DNA of 58,219 bases from Paraglomus brasilianum (Eukaryota). The position numbers were made by a program, and so were the translations under genes. The stretch is taken from positions 1 through 58,219 of the forward strand of contig CAJVPI010000086.1 of NCBI GenBank assembly GCA_910592345.1, given 5' to 3'. This document shows positions 51,026-58,219 of this stretch, piece by piece (position 1 is the first letter of the stretch; each line of letters starts with the position of its first letter). Below the pieces are notes generated by a model, which was not told where the DNA came from, ran no database searches, and was given only the letters and a program-made list of their open reading frames with translations.

Positions 51026-53176
51026 TTAAAAACGTCCAAACCGGAATGGACAACTTCTGTGACAGTCACGTGTCTTTCTCACAAGCTGTTTGAACTTGGG
51101 TGTGCAAAGGGTATCACGTTTGAAACTTGCCTTTGTTGATGGCGGACCTGGATTACAGAGTTTAGCATATAAAGAATCAACGGATTTGTAAAAAATCTCT
51201 CGTATTCCTAGAAGTACTTCTATCTCACTGATAAAAGATGACATCTCTTTTACTGAAGCTGGAACTGATATTTGGCCAACGTGGATCATAGTATATATTC
51301 CTTGAATAAGATCCATCATATAGAAGTCTACTGCATAATCTATTAAACAATTACACAAAAGTTATTCACAAGAATCACGAGGAAAAAACCAACTATTATA
51401 ATTTGTCTTACCAACACATTGGAAACCTAGTATTTTTGTGTCAGCACCCAAGTCTATGGCTGAATCAAGGCAGTCCTTCATAAAAATACCAATACGAATT
51501 AGATCGTTACAATTCTTATACATGTTGTTTTTTTCTGAAGGCGGACTGACTTCACCCACGAACATAACACCACTTGTTTGTAGCTGGTGAATAATAGAAA
51601 CTACAAAGTCTGGTTGTTTGCTTCTTCCTTGCAATTTCCTTGCCTTGCTTTCGTCAAGGCCTGTGTTAGGCCATTCAACAATGTGTTTGTTTGGATCATG
51701 GAACACCTCCCTCATGATATGATCCAAATAGTTTGTGATCAATGTTGTTTCACTGGCTTCATTTTTAATCTTTCTGATGGGTAACGATTTTATACACTCT
51801 AAGATTACAAAGCCCATATTCTCTTTCATAGTTTGATTATTAGCAAGTTCTACCAACAGCCAATCCGTGGCAAAGCTACTGGAATTCTTTGTTGCTTTCT
51901 TGACTGCGTCCCTAAACTTTAATTCACATTCTGAATCCAATTCTGTTTGTTGTGTTGGGATGGTTTGTTGGTGGATTTTATCGAGGAAAGGAGAACCAAA
52001 TATATTAATCATAATTTTTGAGTGAGAACCTGGAAAAAGCAGGAAGATCGATGACAGTGACAATATTTCGTGTACGTTTGATTCAACGAATAGACCATCA
52101 GTCTTTGCGATCTTGATAGACTCATTTTGATATTGACGGAATAATTGAGATACATTGATATCTCCTATCCTAAGATCGTCGGCCAGATCCTCATTCTCGA
52201 AGGATAGTTCATTAGGAATATCATCAATTATTATAGGGCCATCCTCCTCCTCAATGAACAGATTGTCTGTTGGAGATTCTATTAATAAATGCTTTAATAT
52301 TGGATTGCATGGCGATGGTGTAGTGTCTACATCTTGACGTTGCTTCTTTGACATTCGTTCTTCATTATAATCTGTATCTTGTCGTCTTCTTAAAAAATAA
52401 GGTTTTTTATCCATAGCCGATTCGTCCTAGGTGATATGCGAATAAATCATTATTGAATTAGTATCTCAGGGATGTGTGATAGCACTGCACTGTTTATGTT
52501 GTTTTCAGACATTAAACCTTTTTACCTTGTTAGCATCCTTTACTTTTTGTTCCATAAAATTCAACTGAGACTTATGAACCATCTTCGAAGTATCGTTTAA
52601 ACGTTCATTTCCAGTTTGCAAAAAATTCACAACACCTTCAGCCTAAAAATTTATTAAAATTCAAAATTTGTTTCGAATATGTAATCCCGAAGGCTTAATA
52701 TTAACTACACGTTACCTCGACCAATTTTCGTTTTTTATCTAATGTATGGAGTTTTTGGTCCAACTTTTTGTCTTCCCAGAAATCTTTCACTTCCTCCGAT
52801 GTTTTCTCATTCTTGTTAAAAAATTCAATTGCAAAATATTATGTTCTAATACTAACAAAGTTCATCTCTAACTCCAATCCAGCCTAACAAATATGATGTA
52901 TCTGTAGCGGAGCCATAGCCTTTCATATACGTAGCCGTAGCCAGTATACTAGCTAGCAGAGTAACATTGCACTCTCAACGGAGCCGTAGCCTTTCATATA
53001 CTTAGCCGTAGCCAGTATACTAGTTGATAATACGTTACAACATTCGCGTGCTGGGATCCCGCAAGCCGTAGCCCTTAGGCAACAAAACGAATGTCTACGC
53101 GATTGACCATAATAAAAAACTGACTTACCACAAAATATTCCAAAGCTTCTGCGACTGTATTGTATTGTTCGTCCAT
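51026..53176 (-). CDS. Uncharacterised restriction-endonuclease-fold (PD-(D/E)xK-like) protein; 5' exons appear damaged
   Basis: Long exon at about 52426-51412 and last exon to 51026: SKARK..QPDFVV..FVGEVSP..DLIRIGIFMKDCLD..ILGFQCV|DYAVDFYMMDL. Small 5' exons start at ATG 53176, but the 52715-52900 region has stops. Confidence 0.6.
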
Positions 53177-53535
53177 TTCCTTATAACTTCGTTTGATTAT
53201 AGTAAGTTCTGAAACATATTGACTTTGAATCTTGTCCTTCGGGAGGGAATCTTTTGTTTGCGCCAGGTAATTTAAGTAACCGAACAGCGATGGTTTCGAA
53301 ATAGAAATCCAATATGCTGTAAAATTTAACGAATATAATGAGAATACGATTCCTTAGATGTGATATACCATTATTTACCTGGTTCGCTGAGCTTTTTACA
53401 GACGTCTTCATTTAGTTTCATTGAGTAACTTTTTGACGGTTGGGTCACGTAAATAATCTTTATTTTTTGCAACGTCATCGTCATGTGACCACGACACGAC
53501 ACGATTAACAAAACCATTGACCAATATTATATTAA

Positions 53536-53706
53536 TACAGGTGAAACACCAATTCAAATTTGATATAAGAAAAGTTGATCTAAAAAATAGTCTATATGAA
53601 ACTATCTCTATATAAGAAAGTTACTAATAAACTCTCGGTATAAGAAAGATTCTAAGATTTTTTACTATGGGTCCCGATCACTTTCTTATATCGCGAGCCA
53701 CTTGTA
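53536..53706. mobile_element. pogo-like MITE relic
   Basis: TA|CAGGTG ... CACTTG|TA ends, with repeated ATATAAGAAA motifs and their complement TTTCTTATAT. Confidence 0.5.
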
Positions 53707-56116
53707 TAAGGAATTTAAATTTGAGATCGATAGTGCGATAAACATTTTTATTTGTTGGATATATGCCATCCATTGAATTTTATCATCGCTATAACATGGT
53801 AATTGATAAGGGGGGTATATATAATCGTCCGATTAAGATTAGCCGTGCAGTTTCACATCACTGAGATTCCAACGCGTCTCAACCTGAGATGCACCTTTTT
53901 TCATACGATTATATAGAAAAAAAAATCTATCATGTCCACATTGCACCTATATTGCATCTTAACCATGAGTAATAGAATATCGGCAGGTCAAAAAGTATGG
54001 ATAGGAAATTTAAGAGCACAGTTCCAAGGACTAGGTGATACAAAATTTTCTGAATACGCTTCTAGTACCTCGTCAAGTAGAACTCCCGAATCTTTTGAAT
54101 TATCACAATCAATATAATAAGTTTTATTGCCTCAAATGTCGGTCCACCACCTACCATTTAGATACCAATGACCACATATTAAATTGCTGATATCTCTCAA
54201 TTAAGACTGCAATCATTTGGCTTTAAAATGTTATAAATTTTATTGGTACTTGTTTGAGAAAATATGGAGAATTAGCTATATTGACGTTAAACGCCTTATA
54301 AGTTTCTTCACTTTCCTCCTCTACATCATTTCCTTTACTGTATCGACTTTCTCTTTAATAGTTATTTCTTCATACCCTCATCGATGCTAATGAATTCCGT
54401 TGCTGATAGTGCGTTACTTAATAGGACCATATTAATAAGTCGACATTATGTCAAGCTTGTAATTTATTAGGGAAAACAGGACAATTCGATCGAATTTTAT
54501 TCTTATATAACGGACTCCGCTATACCTTGGTGTGGATACAACGGACTCATTACACGAAATCCGTTGTATCGAGCTAAGTGTTTTCCAACAGAATTAGTTA
54601 GTTATATCACCGTTTAATATAAAAGTCCGCTAAAGTTCGATTAATACATATAATAATGATTCACTTGTGACTCCAAGATAATGGTATGCAGATAGAATGC
54701 AATAGTAACGCAATTGAATATTTTTCGGAAGTCATCTCAAACAATAAACATACTGAGCAATTGATTAAACATAGGTCAAAAATACGAACATGGGATTTAA
54801 TGTTTTTGTATCCACTCTCGTCATTAATATGTCTGTCCAGTAAACTATATTTTTTGGCCGAAGTAAACGAGGTGTGAGAGTAATCTTCGGCTTTGAATCA
54901 AAAAGTAACGCTAATTTCTACTTCAATTAATTTTTGAGATTTTTAAAGCTTCTGTTATTATGAATGCAATAAAATCCCTTCTGTTTGATGGATAACATTG
55001 TAGACAAAATCATGATAGTCTTATTATTATTGTAAAAAGAACGTTTATTATTATATATTAATTTTATCTGTCACACAAGATCTAAATACAGTATTACTTT
55101 ATTCGTCTGTTGAGAATATTTAAAATTACATGATCGTTGCTTTTAAATATCGCCACACATTACCAGAAAAAGGAATTCTCCTCATTCACGTGTAAAACAA
55201 GGCCTCAACTGAGTCCAGATAATAGATTTTTTATTTTTATTTTCTGTGTGGTATTTCAGTTTATGTCTTAGCGTAATAATAAATTTGATATGTTCTATTA
55301 ATATAATTTTAGTCACACAACTATACATATGGTTTACCTGTCCCAACTGTGTGACTGTAGAGATGTTTCATTAAAACATCTATCCACACTATGATAATGT
55401 GGTGAACGCGATGGGCTAATCCTGAGGGGTTTTCTCAGCATCGCTTCATTATGGGCCTGCGTGATTAACGATTATAATTGTGATAGCCGCCACGCATACG
55501 ACTCGCCACGATAACCACATGTCTAGACAAATATTCCCGACTCTACGTATTCCTTCTAAGATTCAGGGAAGCTTAAAACGAGCGTAGGTGTTATTGATAT
55601 TTCGCTTGGCGTCATCGAACTCTTTATACTCTTTCTTAGTTCAGCGATTAAGGCATTAACTCTTCGTTAAGCGTCGAGCGTAACCTAATTGCAACGGAGT
55701 ACAAGTAATTCATAAAATTATAACACTGTCATAGGCTAACGATATCTCTAAATGATATCGGAGTTAGCTTCCGGTTCAGTGAGTTATCCAGCAATAATAA
55801 TTGTGAACGCTCTCAACGGTTGATGAAGTCGAATATCTCACAAGAGAAATTCACATTCACCCAACAGGAGTCATACCAGGCGAAACGTTATCCATACTCA
55901 GAGGTTACAATGTATGTGGAGTTGAGGTACTCCTTCGATATTTTAAGTGAGACGAATGGTGAATTGTTTGTTGTATCCAACCGTATGTGTATGCATTAGA
56001 CAATAATACGCCTTTCTATACGCACTAGAAATAATGATAACATTAACTCTCTTTCACTTAACACTATCGTTATTAGCTTCATGTTGGTTAAGAAAGTTAC
56101 TAAGTGAAACCACTAC

Positions 56117-56162
56117 GCGGGCCGACGGAAAGACTCGTCCCGCTCTGATATAAATAATAATA
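56117..56162 (+). other. GC-rich stem-loop followed by an (AAT)n tail, possibly a non-LTR retroelement 3' end
   Basis: GCGGGCCGA (56117-56125) pairs with TCGTCCCGC (56135-56143) with one mismatch, then TCTGATATAAATAATAATA. Confidence 0.4.
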
Positions 56163-57110
56163 TTACAGTATTAGCGTAACATCTTTGATTACATCGGTCT
56201 TCTCAGCGAAGAGTATCACTCCGTTTTATTAAACGTAGGTATTTTTAGCGAATGTATCCTCCGTAACATGATTTTTCTTTGCGAGTAACATCTGTCTCAG
56301 CTCACGAGATGTATAACGTATATTCTTCTTCACTCACTTTCGTTACGAGGGGTTTAAAGAGTATTTAAAAATTGCATTTATTATCCTTTCGTTCGAACAA
56401 ATCAGTTTCAATAATGGATCGCTTGCAATAAGCTAGCAAATTTCACGACAAGCATTCAGAAGACCGACATGCTGTCAAAGTCTAACGATGTTTTGTCGAT
56501 CGCCGATTTTCAGGGACATTACGTACGTGTATGCAGGGTAAATCATGTTTATTGACGGTTGGATTGGTAATTAGATATTATTTCAGAACAAGAGTTAGAA
56601 ACTCATTTTTATGACATGAGCGTAAAACGCTTGTGAGCCAGCTGAACTTTAAGCTCGGAACAGAAGTCGTTTTTATAACCAGCTCAGTAATAATCCATGT
56701 TGTAGACAGTAAAAGAAAATGATAATTTCGCATTTCGTTCACACCATTATTATTATTATTAAACATTAGTGTTAGTGAAGTATGTCATTTAAACTTTATT
56801 ACTATCCAGAGTCACAATAAACAAACCCCACAATTTCAAAGTCTATACCTCCTTTGGTTCAACCTGTTGCATTTAATGCACATCATATTGCTTAGTTATT
56901 AGTTTAAGTATAACAACCTCTCATTTAATGCATGGTTATACAGCAACTTTAGAAGCTGCGTCTAATAAAGAACACGAATTAATGCATGATTATACTGCCC
57001 AAGATAACAATATACACTCCCTCTCAAACCCAAAGCACATGCATCATTCAATGATTTGTTGAAATCATTTAATGCGCCCCTTTTTAATGTTAACTATAAT
57101 AATGTTGTAC

Positions 57111-57264
57111 CTCAGTTGGGGACCTGTCTCAGTTCTGGACTGAGACGACTGGGTTCTGGACTGAGACGACTGGGTTCTGGACTGAGTGTCTGGGTTCTGG
57201 ACTGAGACAACTGAGTCCTGGACTGAGTGACTGGGTTCCGAACTGAGACAGGTCCCAAACTCAG
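57111..57264. mobile_element. MITE-like element with ~25-bp TIRs enclosing ~20-21-bp tandem repeats
   Basis: GTTGGGGACCTGTCTCAGTTC (57115-57135) versus GAACTGAGACAGGTCCCAAAC (57240-57260); internal CTGGGTTCTGGACTGAGACGA repeats. Confidence 0.75.
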
Positions 57265-57367
57265 ACACAACAATAATAAGGGTAAAAACATTAACGACGA
57301 AAAGAAACGCGAAACATTAGATCTGTACGGAATTGGAAAAAAATTTTTTGGTCGTGATTCGCGTGCA

Positions 57368-57748
57368 CAGGTGAAACCTGCTTAAACAGCGCGATCTCTA
57401 AACCGGGAAATCCGTGAATGTGCTATGAGTGCGCATTATCCAAAAGCTTATTAATAAAGACGTCTTGTGGTTTTCGATGATGCATTAATATCATGACTCG
57501 CTCATTAAAATCTATTAATAACACACAGTGAAATTTACTTTAACGAAGATTGTTTTATAACGAAGCTCTTTCCATTTTATATAAAAAGATAATTTACTTA
57601 GGTGAACTTTCAGGTAACGAAGCAAAACTGTGGAACAAATGTCTTCGTTAAAGGCGTAATAATTGTATTATATGATCCCGCTAGTTGAACTGGTTGATAC
57701 GTACATCAAAACCGTTTATCTGATAACTGACCGTAGGGTTGACTTGTA
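57368..57748. mobile_element. Possible pogo/Tigger-like non-autonomous relic
   Basis: CAGGTGAAACCT start, AGGGTTGACTTG|TA end and repeated TAACGAAG motifs; the TIR match is weak. Confidence 0.35.
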
Positions 57749-58145
57749 CACGCGAAATTAGTCCTTGGCTGTCAGAGCCAGGCTATATACTACTATACAG
57801 CATTATATGGCATACGAAACTGTTGACAATTACACTTATCATAGACGTGGACAACTATAAATACGTCAATTAAATTCTTTGCCATATGGTACTTGTAATA
57901 ACAAGAGAAAGGGTGTTGTATTATTGTAATGCTATTTTAAGTTGTTATTGTATACCATTCCTCACTTGCTCAGCCTATTGCTATGATTTTCAGTAACTCC
58001 GACCATTATGAAAAATTTATTTCTGTAAATAGTTAAGCACCTGATTGCACGCTTAGAGCTTCCCTAATTTCTGTCTGTAAATGAATTTTGTACAATTTAT
58101 TTGAAATGGTAACGTCACGATTTACTCCATGACCTAACAATGGTA

Positions 58146-58219
58146 TACACTACCCTACCATAAATCACCGGATTTTTTGTCACGTGTTTGAAATAGATAT
58201 GAAATTTTTGTATTTTCTA
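58146..58219 (+). mobile_element. Possible left end of a Tc1-like element running off the window
   Basis: TA|CACTACCCTACCATAAATCACCGGATTT resembles the TIR at 6278 (CATAAAT..CCGGA). Confidence 0.35.

Noticed and set aside
55380..56100. NUMT, rRNA or self-splicing intron
   Set aside because: No recognisable rRNA, tRNA or group I/II intron consensus motifs found.
56101..56150. Hammerhead ribozyme (GAAAC ... CTGA)
   Set aside because: The CUGANGA core is incomplete (CTGATAT) and I could not form stems II and III.
57135..57240. CRISPR-like or telomeric repeat
   Set aside because: No spacers and not a TTAGGG-type repeat; bounded by inverted repeats.

Overview
Eukaryotic, intron-rich fungal nuclear DNA, most likely an arbuscular-mycorrhizal (Glomeromycotina) genome. 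This is an inference from its WTSGN-type kinase modules, MATA-HMG gene, TPR and Crinkler-like relics and AT-rich spacers. Conserved genes reconstructed by hand from GT-AG junctions: SNIP1/Pml1 FHA protein, LisH-WD40 protein, Pcp1/PARL rhomboid, an intron-containing H2A, a UBA-ZnF-UBX protein, PNKP, a Pil1-family BAR protein, Spp1/Cfp1 and an XPG/FEN1-family nuclease. They are interspersed with transposon relics, MITEs and pseudogenes. The most notable system is a tandem array (two intact genes plus one pseudogene, 22974-27670) encoding a Ty3/gypsy Gag-capsid-like domain fused to three MIR (beta-trefoil) repeats, with no pol, LTRs or nucleocapsid, i.e. a candidate domesticated capsid. Also notable are a gene built from at least four exon-duplicated Zn-knuckle + kinase N-lobe modules with no C-lobe in view, AT-rich bacterial-looking segments that may derive from Mollicutes-related endobacteria, and a secreted stanniocalcin-like protein. 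All family assignments come from motif recognition, not database searches.
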